A stretch of 64,000 nt of DNA from an uncultured Subdoligranulum sp. (GTDB lineage Bacteria > Bacillota > Clostridia > Christensenellales > CAG-314), in the NCBI GenBank assembly GCA_964612455.1, contig CAZTCB010000001.1, forward strand, positions 43,919-107,918, given 5' to 3'. Numbering within the stretch: position 1 is the stretch's first letter; the number at the start of each line of letters is the position of its first letter. Below are positions 11,371 to 20,125 of this stretch, piece after piece. The translations under genes and the position numbers were made by a program. The notes beneath the pieces are model-generated. The model saw nothing but the letters and a program-made list of their open reading frames with translations. It was not told the DNA's origin and ran no database searches.

Positions 11371-11407
11371 AAAAAATTGCTTTGTGTTACGTCAAAGCAA
11401 TTTTTTA
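11371..11407. terminator. bidirectional terminator between convergent rnhA and the PadR-like gene
   Basis: ATTGCTTTG-tgttacgt-CAAAGCAAT stem flanked by an A-run on the left and a T-run on the right. Confidence 0.7.
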
Positions 11408-11416
11408 TTTTATATT

Positions 11417-12970
11417 TTAATCAAAGATTTTCTTCTCAAGTAATAATTTCTTGTAACACACGCCTAAAGGGGCATTGAGAGAAATTATAAACGGGAAGAG
11501 GTAACACTCTAAAAACTTTTGAAGGCTTCCTACTCCTATAATAACGAAATAGATAATCGTTAATATAATAAAAACCGAACCCACAAAAATCCACGCGTTT
11601 ACAAAATTGAACTTAAAGTTAAAAGCTTTGCGTTTCTTTTTGGTTGGATTACTGAAGTAGTTTATTGCATAGTAAATAGTCGGAACAATCGACAAAACTA
11701 TCACTATTGCGTAAAAACCGAATTTAAGTTCGTCAATATTTGCCCTGAAAGTAAAGTACATGGCTATCGTTTCTATTGCTATAGAAAGAGTTATAAGCAG
11801 AGCAACGATAAACTTTACCTTATTGGAAAAATACATAGAAGGCGATTTATATGCCTCTGCACCGGTGGGATCGAAAATCAACGTAGTAATACCTTTGTTG
11901 TTAAGTTTTTCAACTTCGGTGCTTAATTGTGCGGATTTAACTACGTGCTTGTTTACAAAAGTTCCGTTATTTTCGCTCGTTGAGGACTGAAATTTTTCCG
12001 GGGAATCAAATTTTGCATCACTCATTTCTTTAAGATGACCACCTATGACGTCACCCAATATCTGCCTATACGGTGTATCGTCGGTTGTCGTATCAAAAGA
12101 CTTTACATCTTCCGTTTTGTCTTTATCCGACTTGGCGGACATAGTATCGACTGAATTATCAAGTTTTTCTTTTGGGTAGGAGGACGCTTTATCAATAGTT
12201 GATTGATTCGTTGGAGCAAAAATAAACTGAGGTTTTGCAGGTGCCGTATTGTTTATTGCCGAATTTGTATTTGACGTAGTCGGATTAGATATTTCAGTAT
12301 TTTCTTTTAACTCCGTATCGGCATTATTATCGATTTCATTGTCTCGGTTTTGCTCTGTTTTTATTACAACCGTGTCTATTTTTTCGATGTAAGGTGTTGT
12401 ATTTGTAGGGGCAAAAATAAACTGAGGTTTCGCAGGAGCAGTATTCTTTAAATCTTCGTTTATAGAAGACGTATTATCGGCTTGATTCGTATCGGACACA
12501 TTAAGTTGTTCTAATTGCTTATTAAGTTCATCCAACTCGTTATCTGATAAATAGCTGCGTTTTTTAAGCATTTTTTTCGTTTTTGAACCCAACAATGAGG
12601 TGGCTTGTTCCTGAGAGATTTCCTTTATTTCATCGTTGTCTGTCGGTTGGGCAACGAGATTGTCTATAACGTTACGTTGAAAGGTCCACTCAGACATATA
12701 TTGAATGCAAATTTCTTTACCCTTTGCAGTTAATTGATAATATCTGCGTCTTCCTCCGTTGCTGTCGCCGCCGTCCCAGTATGGCGTAATAAGGTCGTTT
12801 TCTTGTAAACGTTTTAAATATCCATATAGGGTGGGCTGTTTTATTTCATATTTGTTTTCCGTTTTTTCTTTGATTTCTTTAGCAATCTCATAGCCATATT
12901 TGGGACCGCTATACAGCGCATTTAAAATAATGGTTTCAATATTGCCTTTTAAAAAGCTAAAGTCGTACAT
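11417..12970 (-). CDS. PadR-family winged-helix regulator fused to a long repeat-containing linker and a C-terminal multi-pass membrane domain
   Basis: The N-terminus YGYEIAKEI...KQPTLYGYLKRLQENDLI...RRRYYQLTAKGKE is a PadR wHTH. The middle is polar and low-complexity with a duplicated NTAPAKPQFIFAPTN motif. The last ~150 aa contain 4-5 hydrophobic helices. Confidence 0.75.
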   Translation of the reverse strand: MYDFSFLKGNIETIILNALYSGPKYGYEIAKEIKEKTENKYEIKQPTLYGYLKRLQENDLITPYWDGGDSNGGRRRYYQLTAKGKEICIQYMSEWTFQRNVIDNLVAQPTDNDEIKEISQEQATSLLGSKTKKMLKKRSYLSDNELDELNKQLEQLNVSDTNQADNTSSINEDLKNTAPAKPQFIFAPTNTTPYIEKIDTVVIKTEQNRDNEIDNNADTELKENTEISNPTTSNTNSAINNTAPAKPQFIFAPTNQSTIDKASSYPKEKLDNSVDTMSAKSDKDKTEDVKSFDTTTDDTPYRQILGDVIGGHLKEMSDAKFDSPEKFQSSTSENNGTFVNKHVVKSAQLSTEVEKLNNKGITTLIFDPTGAEAYKSPSMYFSNKVKFIVALLITLSIAIETIAMYFTFRANIDELKFGFYAIVIVLSIVPTIYYAINYFSNPTKKKRKAFNFKFNFVNAWIFVGSVFIILTIIYFVIIGVGSLQKFLECYLFPFIISLNAPLGVCYKKLLLEKKIFD

Positions 12971-13150
12971 GCCTATAAAAACCTCCTTTTAATAACTACG
13001 TCGAAATTATAACAATTTTAACTGTTTTTGTCAATATTTAATTTACTATTTCAGAAATAATATCGATTATAACAGGTTTATTTTACATTTTAATCGAAAA
13101 AAGAATAAAAAATAATTTAAAAAACCAATTATTTATGTTAATATATTATT

Positions 13151-13825
13151 ATGCGAATAACAATAAAAAGGAAGAATGTAAAATATCTGCGCTTAAACGT
13201 GACGAGTGAGGACTGCTTGACGATAACGGCACCAATGTATCTGAGCGATAGTTTTATAAATCGCATAATCAAGGAAAAGCAAGCTTGGATTGATAAAAAA
13301 ATCGCTTTAAAACGTAGTGAAAAAGATGAATTCAAGCCATTTTTTGAGGGCGAAAAAGTATTATTCGCCGGTAAAACCTTAACCATCACTTTTGCCGACG
13401 TTCCAAATGCGTGTAATGTGGACGATATGTTGATTTTGCCACGTTCTAAATCCACGTCAAACGAATTAATAAAAAAAGCAATATCCGATTATATCATGTT
13501 TACTGCAAAAAAGATTTTACCGAAACGCGTTGCTTACTGGGGCGAAAAAATGGCACTTTGTCCGACTGCAATTAAGATAAAAAACTATAAATCAACCACG
13601 ACGTCACATTGGGGAGCTTGCAACGGAAACGGTCAAATAACGCTAAATTGTAAGTTGGTTCAATTACCGGAAAACCTGATGGATTACGTTGTTATTCATG
13701 AATTGTGTCATTTAAAAAATTTAAATCATTCGGAAGAATTTTGGGCTCATGTTGGCCAATATGTAGATAACTTGAGTAATGCCAAGGCAGAATTATGTAA
13801 ATACGGATTTTTAACCGTAGTATAA
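13151..13825 (+). CDS. YgjP-like metal-dependent hydrolase (DUF45 / M48-like, HExxH)
   Basis: 224 aa. WGACNGNGQITLNCKLVQLPENLMDYVVIHELCHLKNLNHSEEFW is the hallmark C-terminal block of the DUF45/YgjP family. Confidence 0.75.
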   Translation: MRITIKRKNVKYLRLNVTSEDCLTITAPMYLSDSFINRIIKEKQAWIDKKIALKRSEKDEFKPFFEGEKVLFAGKTLTITFADVPNACNVDDMLILPRSKSTSNELIKKAISDYIMFTAKKILPKRVAYWGEKMALCPTAIKIKNYKSTTTSHWGACNGNGQITLNCKLVQLPENLMDYVVIHELCHLKNLNHSEEFWAHVGQYVDNLSNAKAELCKYGFLTVV

Positions 13826-13918
13826 ATTTCTTTTAAATCCATTGGTTTAATTATATATAATAAACTATGTTTGAGATATATTATGAGTTTTGGACGATAT
13901 TAATTGAATTTTTACTTA

Positions 13919-13950
13919 TCTCTTCGCAAAATCGTTATTTTGCGAAGAGA
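13919..13950 (+). terminator. perfect 14-bp hairpin in the ygjP-like/xer-like intergenic region (possible terminator)
   Basis: TCTCTTCGCAAAAT-cgtt-ATTTTGCGAAGAGA. Only a weak T-rich tail follows. Confidence 0.45.
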
Positions 13951-14010
13951 TGTATTTGGCGTATTTTCTTCTCTTTTCTATTTTTAAAAATGCTTTTCTT
14001 GTTGAAAATT

Positions 14011-14022
14011 AAACACTTGTTC
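14011..14022. promoter_or_regulatory. LexA (Cheo/SOS) box candidate
   Basis: AAACACTTGTTC has the reverse complement GAACAAGTGTTT, which fits the Firmicute GAAC-N4-GTT(C/T) consensus. It lies 9 nt upstream of the predicted -35 of the xer-like/lexA promoter. Confidence 0.55.
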
Positions 14023-14030
14023 AAAAATAA

Positions 14031-14059
14031 TTTACTTTTTCGTTACCTGATGTTATAAT
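14031..14059 (+). promoter_or_regulatory. extended -10 promoter of the xer-like/lexA operon (leaderless geometry)
   Basis: TTTACT, 17 nt, TGtTATAAT. The -10 ends 6 nt before the ATG at 14066 and no SD is present. Confidence 0.5.
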
Positions 14060-14065
14060 GTATCT

Positions 14066-15136
14066 ATGAAACAAAATAACGATAATTATTTTTCTCAAAG
14101 AAATCATGATTGCCAAATCAAAATAAACATGTTACTTGATGAAGATTTACCGGATTTTTGTCGAGAGTTTTTTGTCGGCATACAAAATCGTACGTCTTTT
14201 TTAACTCGATTAAATTACGCTTACGATTTAAGAATTTTTTTCAGGTTTTCGGTAGAATGTATACCTGCATTTAGTGCTTTTAGTACCGCTAAAGACATTA
14301 AAGCAACAGATTTAAATAAGTATACTTCTTATGATTTGGAATTATTTTTAAATTTTTTGAGCGACTATATCAACGATGACGGCGTCGATTACTCAAATTC
14401 AGAACGCGGCAAAGCGCGAAAATTATCTGCCGTCAAGTCTTTATTTAAGTATTTTTTTCGTAGAGGACTGTTAAACAGCGACGTTAGTGCTAAAGTTGAC
14501 TCCCCTAAAATTCATGAAAAAGAAATTATCAGACTCGAACGCAATGAGGTTAACGATTTGCTCGATACTGTCGAGCAAGGTATAGGATTGAGTCCGCAAC
14601 AAAAAGCTTTTTATAACAAAAACTCGGTCAGAGATATGGCTATAGTTGCGCTATTTTTAGGTACTGGCATACGTGTCAGCGAACTTGTCGGACTAAACGT
14701 AGATGACATAGATTTTAAAAATAACTCTTTCATCGTAACTCGTAAAGGCGGAAATCGTGTCATTTTGTATTTAAATGACGAAATCAAAGATTATTTAACT
14801 ACTTATATGAAATATCGGGAAAATCAATTACTTTCTAAAGATGAAAAAGCACTGTTCATTTCTATTCAAAAAACGAGATTAACGACACGAGCGGTTGAAA
14901 ATATTATAAAAAAGTATTCTAAAATCGCTGTTCCGTTAAAAAAGATAACGCCACACAAGTTGCGAAGTACTTTCGGCACCGAATTATATCGAACTACAGG
15001 CGATATTTATGTTGTTGCCGACGTGCTTGGCCACAAGGACGTAAATACTACCAAAAAACACTATGCCGCACTGACTGACGATGTGCGTAAAAAAGCCTCA
15101 CAAGTAGTTACATTGAGAAAATCGGACGAAGGCTAA
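14066..15136 (+). CDS. tyrosine recombinase, XerC/XerD-like (phage integrase family)
   Basis: 356 aa. It has an N-terminal SAM-like domain and a C-terminal catalytic domain with GIRVSELVGL, HKLRSTFGTELY and LGHKDVNTTKKHY (R..HxxR..Y). Confidence 0.8.
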   Translation: MKQNNDNYFSQRNHDCQIKINMLLDEDLPDFCREFFVGIQNRTSFLTRLNYAYDLRIFFRFSVECIPAFSAFSTAKDIKATDLNKYTSYDLELFLNFLSDYINDDGVDYSNSERGKARKLSAVKSLFKYFFRRGLLNSDVSAKVDSPKIHEKEIIRLERNEVNDLLDTVEQGIGLSPQQKAFYNKNSVRDMAIVALFLGTGIRVSELVGLNVDDIDFKNNSFIVTRKGGNRVILYLNDEIKDYLTTYMKYRENQLLSKDEKALFISIQKTRLTTRAVENIIKKYSKIAVPLKKITPHKLRSTFGTELYRTTGDIYVVADVLGHKDVNTTKKHYAALTDDVRKKASQVVTLRKSDEG

Positions 15137-15178
15137 GACATTAAATTAAAACGATTAACGCAAGTTACATAAATAAAC

Positions 15179-15859
15179 ATGAAAAAAATTTTCGATAAGA
15201 CGAATATAAAAGTTAATGCCATTTACGAATATATTTTAGATTTTAACAGTATCAACGGATATTGTCCCTCTCTTAGGCAGATTGGCAATAAATTGTCAAT
15301 ATCGTCCCCTTCACTCGTAAAATACTACGTAGACGTATTAGAAAAAGAAGGTAAAATTTTTAGGAGTGAATTTCCGCGAAGAATAATAACATTACCTAAA
15401 AAACGCGAAGATAATACTATCGAAATCGAATCCGATGACACTGCCTCATTAACGAACAGCGAAATAAAGCAGGAAAACGTTTTTTATTGTCCGATACTTG
15501 GCAATGTGGCGGCAGGCTCACCGATATTTGTAAGTGAAAACATTGCCGATTACTTCCCTTTGCCAAAAAATAGTTTTAATAAAAACGATACCTTTATGTT
15601 AGAAGTCGTAGGCGACAGCATGGTAAACGCAGGTATTTCCAACGGAGATATAGTTATCGTCGATCGCGGCAAGCAAATCGATGACGGCAAAATTGTTGTC
15701 GCATTAATCGACGACTCGGCAACGGTCAAACGTTTTTTTAAAAAAGGCGACATCGTTGTTTTGCACCCTGAAAATGAACGCTATAACGATATCGTATTAG
15801 ATGACTCTTTGCCTTTTTCTATTCTCGGCACCGTAGTAGGCTTAATTAGAAAATTTTAA
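15179..15859 (+). CDS. lexA: LexA repressor
   Basis: N-terminal wHTH, cleavage-site region NVAAGSPI, and the S24 peptidase Ser (VGDSM) and Lys (VKRF). Confidence 0.9.
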   Translation: MKKIFDKTNIKVNAIYEYILDFNSINGYCPSLRQIGNKLSISSPSLVKYYVDVLEKEGKIFRSEFPRRIITLPKKREDNTIEIESDDTASLTNSEIKQENVFYCPILGNVAAGSPIFVSENIADYFPLPKNSFNKNDTFMLEVVGDSMVNAGISNGDIVIVDRGKQIDDGKIVVALIDDSATVKRFFKKGDIVVLHPENERYNDIVLDDSLPFSILGTVVGLIRKF

Positions 15860-15873
15860 AATATAAATATACA

Positions 15874-15915
15874 AAAAACCCGTCACCGATAGTCTTTTTC
15901 GGTAACGGGTTTATT
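15874..15915. terminator. bidirectional terminator between lexA and the ynbB-like gene
   Basis: AACCCGTCACCG...CGGTAACGGGTT stem flanked by A-run and T-run. Confidence 0.65.
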
Positions 15916-15929
15916 TAAAGACTTTTTGC

Positions 15930-17156
15930 TCAATATAATTTTTCCAAAATTTGCATTAAAGTAATTTTTGCATGCTCATAAGTAAGCGCACCTTGTAAAT
16001 ATGCGACATAAGGCGGTCTTATTGGCGAGTCGCAACTCAGTTCTATTGATGCACCGCCAACAAAGCACCCTGCCGCCATTATTACCTGATCGGTATATCC
16101 CGGCATATCCCAGGCAAACGGCGTAACGTTACTATCGACAGGTGAACAAAATTGAATATTTTGGCAAAACTTTATTAACTGCTCTTTATCATTAAATTTT
16201 ATAGAACAAATAATATCGTTTGGATGAGAGTGCACTTTTGGTAAAACTTCATAACCCAATTCTTCAAATGCCGTCGAAAATAACATGGCTGCTTTTTTAG
16301 CTTGTAAAACAACGTGCGGAGCAATAAAAAGACCTTGATAAAACAATCTATACCCTGCTGCGTAACTTCCCACTTCCATGCCTATAGACGGCGAAGTAAG
16401 CCGATTTGCTATCAAATCAACGTAATCTTTCTTCCCTACGATATAACCACCCGTAGGAGCAAGCCCCCCTCCTATGTTTTTAATCAACGAACCCACTGCC
16501 AAATCGCATCCTACCTGCGTCGGCTCTTTTTCATCAATGAATTCTCCATAGCAGTTATCTGTCATTATAATACAACTTGGCGAAATGCGTCTTATCAAAC
16601 TACATGCCTCTTCTATATCTTCTATACTCAATGCATCGCGTAATTCATAGCCGCGGCTACGTTGAATATATACCAATTTAACTGTTTGTTTTGTTAAATA
16701 TCGCTCTAATTCGCATAAGTCGATTTTACCGTTTTTTAACTCGATTTTTTCGTAATTAATGCCGAAGTCGCTTAATGAGCCTATATTGCGTCCATTAATA
16801 GTATCATGTAAGGTATCGTAGGGCTCACCGCATATACAAAAAAGTGTGTCTTTAGGGCGCAAAATTCCGAACATTGCCAAAGTCAAGGCATGTGTACCGG
16901 AAACTATATTAGGGCTAAAGATTGCCGATTCTGCGCCAAAAACTCCTGCGTAAATGTTGCAAAGAACATCTCTGCCTATATCGTCGTAACCATACCCCTC
17001 CGTTGCGGAAAAATGTCTTATTGCAACGTTGTTTTTACGAAATTCATTCAAAACTTTTTGTTGATTAAATAAGGCGATGTTTTCTTCTCTCTTGAAATCG
17101 TTTGTTAAACTATTTTCAATTTTGTTAAGAAACGCTTCTATCTGCTGTCTATTCAT
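15930..17156 (-). CDS. ynbB: PLP-dependent methionine gamma-lyase family protein (aluminium-resistance / YnbB-like)
   Basis: 408 aa. The N-terminal FNQQKVLNEFRKNNV...GYGYDDIGRD block is typical of the family. It sits downstream of miaA as in other Firmicutes. Confidence 0.75.
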   Translation of the reverse strand: MNRQQIEAFLNKIENSLTNDFKREENIALFNQQKVLNEFRKNNVAIRHFSATEGYGYDDIGRDVLCNIYAGVFGAESAIFSPNIVSGTHALTLAMFGILRPKDTLFCICGEPYDTLHDTINGRNIGSLSDFGINYEKIELKNGKIDLCELERYLTKQTVKLVYIQRSRGYELRDALSIEDIEEACSLIRRISPSCIIMTDNCYGEFIDEKEPTQVGCDLAVGSLIKNIGGGLAPTGGYIVGKKDYVDLIANRLTSPSIGMEVGSYAAGYRLFYQGLFIAPHVVLQAKKAAMLFSTAFEELGYEVLPKVHSHPNDIICSIKFNDKEQLIKFCQNIQFCSPVDSNVTPFAWDMPGYTDQVIMAAGCFVGGASIELSCDSPIRPPYVAYLQGALTYEHAKITLMQILEKLY

Positions 17157-18063
17157 TAAAAAAATCCCTCATAATAGCATTTGCCGTGTTTTGCGGATTA
17201 ATTAAATCTATCTCAATCCATTTTGCATTTTTAAAACGCTTAAAATATGATATTTGTCTTTTTGCATAGTTTCTTGTGTTTTGCTTAATTGCGGCGATTG
17301 CTTCGGATAAAGAGTATTCATTGGCAAGGTATTTTGCAATTTCTTTGTAGCCTATAGCGTTAAAACATTGACAGTTGTTGTCATAACGTTTTAATAATTC
17401 TTCAACCTCTGCTACCAATCCTCTTTCTATCATTAAATCTACGCGTTTGTTTATGCGGTCATATAAAATATTTCTATCCAATTGCAATACGTAAATCTGA
17501 TTATTGAATTTCGGTTGCGTAGATAGATTATACTCGGACTTTTTTTTGCCGGTACTATAAAATATTTCCAACGCTCTATTCACCCGAACTGCGTTGTTAG
17601 GATGAATATTTTTCGCGGATTCCGGATCTATTTGCCGTAATAACTCGTAAAGGTATTCTATACCTTTTTCCTGCTGAAGTTTTTTTAATCCGTATCGTAT
17701 TTCTTCTTTGTTATTGTCGACATAAGTTAACGGAAATAGGAGCGCATCAAAATAAAATCCCGTTCCTCCAACAACAATCGGTATTTTATCCACATCAAAC
17801 GCATCTTGGACGCATCTTGATGCTTTGAGTCCGTAATCAAAACTACTAAATTGCTGATTCGGTTTAACTATGTCTATCATCAATTGATGCATGCCATCCA
17901 TTTCTTGCAAATCCGACTTCGCGGTACCGATATTTAATCCTTCGTATATTTGCATCGAATCGGCAGAAATAATCTGACCGTTAGTTTCTTTTGCAAGAAT
18001 TTTAGCTATTTCCGTTTTTCCTACTGCAGTTGGACCTGCAATTCCTAATATTTTTTTTGACAT
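17149..18063 (-). CDS. miaA: tRNA dimethylallyltransferase
   Basis: GPTAVGKT P-loop near the N-terminus and SADSMQIY motif. mutS-mutL-miaA synteny. Confidence 0.92.
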   Translation of the reverse strand: MSKKILGIAGPTAVGKTEIAKILAKETNGQIISADSMQIYEGLNIGTAKSDLQEMDGMHQLMIDIVKPNQQFSSFDYGLKASRCVQDAFDVDKIPIVVGGTGFYFDALLFPLTYVDNNKEEIRYGLKKLQQEKGIEYLYELLRQIDPESAKNIHPNNAVRVNRALEIFYSTGKKKSEYNLSTQPKFNNQIYVLQLDRNILYDRINKRVDLMIERGLVAEVEELLKRYDNNCQCFNAIGYKEIAKYLANEYSLSEAIAAIKQNTRNYAKRQISYFKRFKNAKWIEIDLINPQNTANAIMRDFFNE

Positions 18064-18117
18064 AAATATCCACCAATACTCTATTACAAAAATAGTATAA
18101 TCTATTTACTGGATATT

Positions 18118-20124
18118 TTATAATATTCGTTTAAATATTCGGTCAAAAGCAACCTTCTTTATTGCGATAGCTATCGGTCTACCATGCGGGCACTTAAGAT
18201 TGTGGTTTTCGTCAAGTCGTTTTAAGATATACTTTATATCTATCTCGCTTATTAGCATACCTCCACGTATTGCGGATTTGCAGGCTTTATTTGCGAGATA
18301 ATTCTTATTAATATTCCTTATATCGAAATTAGTTTGATTTTCTTCAAATAAACTATTGAAAAAATATCCCAAATCGATTTTCGGGAAATAATGAGGTATC
18401 GCAGTTATGGTTAAAATATCTTTCTCGGTAATTGTATAATCAAAACCATAAGCATGCATCCTCGGCCTTACCGTCTCTAAAAACTCTATTTGCTCGGGAG
18501 TAAGAGAAAACTCGACCGGAAACATCAATGTCTGTTGGTGTACAGGGCCCGAATCGATATCTGCCATATATTTATCATACAGTATTCTCTCATGCGCGGC
18601 ATGCTGATCGATAAGCAATACGGCTGACTTTTTTCTATTTTGTGCCACGATATAGTTATCAAACAACACTCCGATTATTTTACTCGAGCTAAACGTTGTA
18701 TCACTGCCATCGATGTCAAATACCTGTATTTCCGCCAACTCTTTTGCCGCCAGATTTCGCGGTAAACCGTCGACGATATGAAAATCAGGCGTATTTGAGC
18801 TTGCGTGTTCATTATCGGAAAAATTGTTTTCCATTGTTTGATAATAAAAATTATCTTCTATTTTTTCCTTTTCTTTAAAAAGTTCTGAATAGTCGGGTCT
18901 GAGTTGATAATCGGCAACCGGTCTGAAAGCACTCAATATTTCTTGTGATTCACGCTGGCTCATTCTCATTTGAGAAGGATTGTCGAAATTAACGTCGCCA
19001 ATGTAATGTTCTTCCTGCTCAACCTGCTGCGGCGGGTTCATGGGATAATTCGCTTCAATATATAGGTCTGTCACCATTTTGGACATATCCGTTATGCCGT
19101 TTTGGTCGATAACTATCTTTGATGCCGCTTCATAGCGTTCTTTTTCAAAATGTTTTTTTATCGGAGCATTTACTGCACGAAATACGTCTTGTTTATTGTT
19201 GTATTTTACCTCCATCTTTGCCGGGTGTACGTTAACGTCAATTCTATCCGAGGGTATATCTATGTTTATTATAAAAAACGGATATTCTCTCGTCATCAAC
19301 AAACCGTCAAAAGCTCTTTTTACCGCAATAGCAACGGTTTCATCTTTGACGCATCTACCATTAATAATTATAGTTTGATAACTCGTATTATATCTGATGT
19401 TGTTGGTTTCGCCTACCAGTCCGCCGACGATTACGTCGTTGTACATATTATCTATGGGAAAACATTTTTCAAAACAATCTCTGCCGTAGACTGCAACAAC
19501 GGCTTCTTCCAACCCGCCTCCGTCCGTAATAAACACGGTATTATTGTCTACGTAATATCTGAATGCAACATACGGATTTGCAAGAATCAAACGAGCAACG
19601 GTACTTGTAACATCTGCAAGTTCTGCACTCGGGCGTTTTAAAAAGCGCGCTTTATTGGGTGCGTTGCCAAACAAATTTCTTACTTCTATTTTTGTACCCG
19701 ATTTGCCGCTTGCGCAATATTCCATCGATTCTTGCTCGCCGTAAAAATACGAAACCATCGTGCCGACATCTTCGTCTTCGGTTTTAGTCCAAATATTAAC
19801 TCTGCTTACCGCAGCTATTGCAGCTAATGCTTCTCCGCGGAAACCCATTGTTTTTATTTCCGATATATCCTCTACGCATGAAATTTTACTCGTTGTATGC
19901 GGTTTAAAAGCGGTTTTTATTTCATTGTGTGCGATACCGCACCCGTTATCGACAACGACCATGGATTCAAATCCGTAATCGTTAACGTAAACGGTTATGC
20001 TACTTGAGCCTGCATCCAAACTATTTTCTACTAACTCCTTTATAACGGAGGCCGGATTGCTGATTACTTGTCCGGATGCAATTACGTTTTGAACAATTTT
20101 AGGTAAAACTTTAATTTTGGCCAT
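18118..20124 (-). CDS. mutL: DNA mismatch repair protein MutL
   Basis: GHKL ATPase motifs (ELVENSLDAG, GFRGEAL). The start is placed at MAKIKVL (20124) because AGGAGG lies 6 nt upstream. The ORF track extends to 20139. Confidence 0.93.
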   Translation of the reverse strand: MAKIKVLPKIVQNVIASGQVISNPASVIKELVENSLDAGSSSITVYVNDYGFESMVVVDNGCGIAHNEIKTAFKPHTTSKISCVEDISEIKTMGFRGEALAAIAAVSRVNIWTKTEDEDVGTMVSYFYGEQESMEYCASGKSGTKIEVRNLFGNAPNKARFLKRPSAELADVTSTVARLILANPYVAFRYYVDNNTVFITDGGGLEEAVVAVYGRDCFEKCFPIDNMYNDVIVGGLVGETNNIRYNTSYQTIIINGRCVKDETVAIAVKRAFDGLLMTREYPFFIINIDIPSDRIDVNVHPAKMEVKYNNKQDVFRAVNAPIKKHFEKERYEAASKIVIDQNGITDMSKMVTDLYIEANYPMNPPQQVEQEEHYIGDVNFDNPSQMRMSQRESQEILSAFRPVADYQLRPDYSELFKEKEKIEDNFYYQTMENNFSDNEHASSNTPDFHIVDGLPRNLAAKELAEIQVFDIDGSDTTFSSSKIIGVLFDNYIVAQNRKKSAVLLIDQHAAHERILYDKYMADIDSGPVHQQTLMFPVEFSLTPEQIEFLETVRPRMHAYGFDYTITEKDILTITAIPHYFPKIDLGYFFNSLFEENQTNFDIRNINKNYLANKACKSAIRGGMLISEIDIKYILKRLDENHNLKCPHGRPIAIAIKKVAFDRIFKRIL

Positions 20125-20125
20125 T

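Noticed and set aside
13867-14058. A 63-aa track ORF between the ygjP-like and xer-like genes.
   Set aside because: It spans a 14-bp perfect hairpin, the LexA-box candidate and the promoter. Its composition is extremely F/L/I-rich and it has no RBS. The region is regulatory, not coding.
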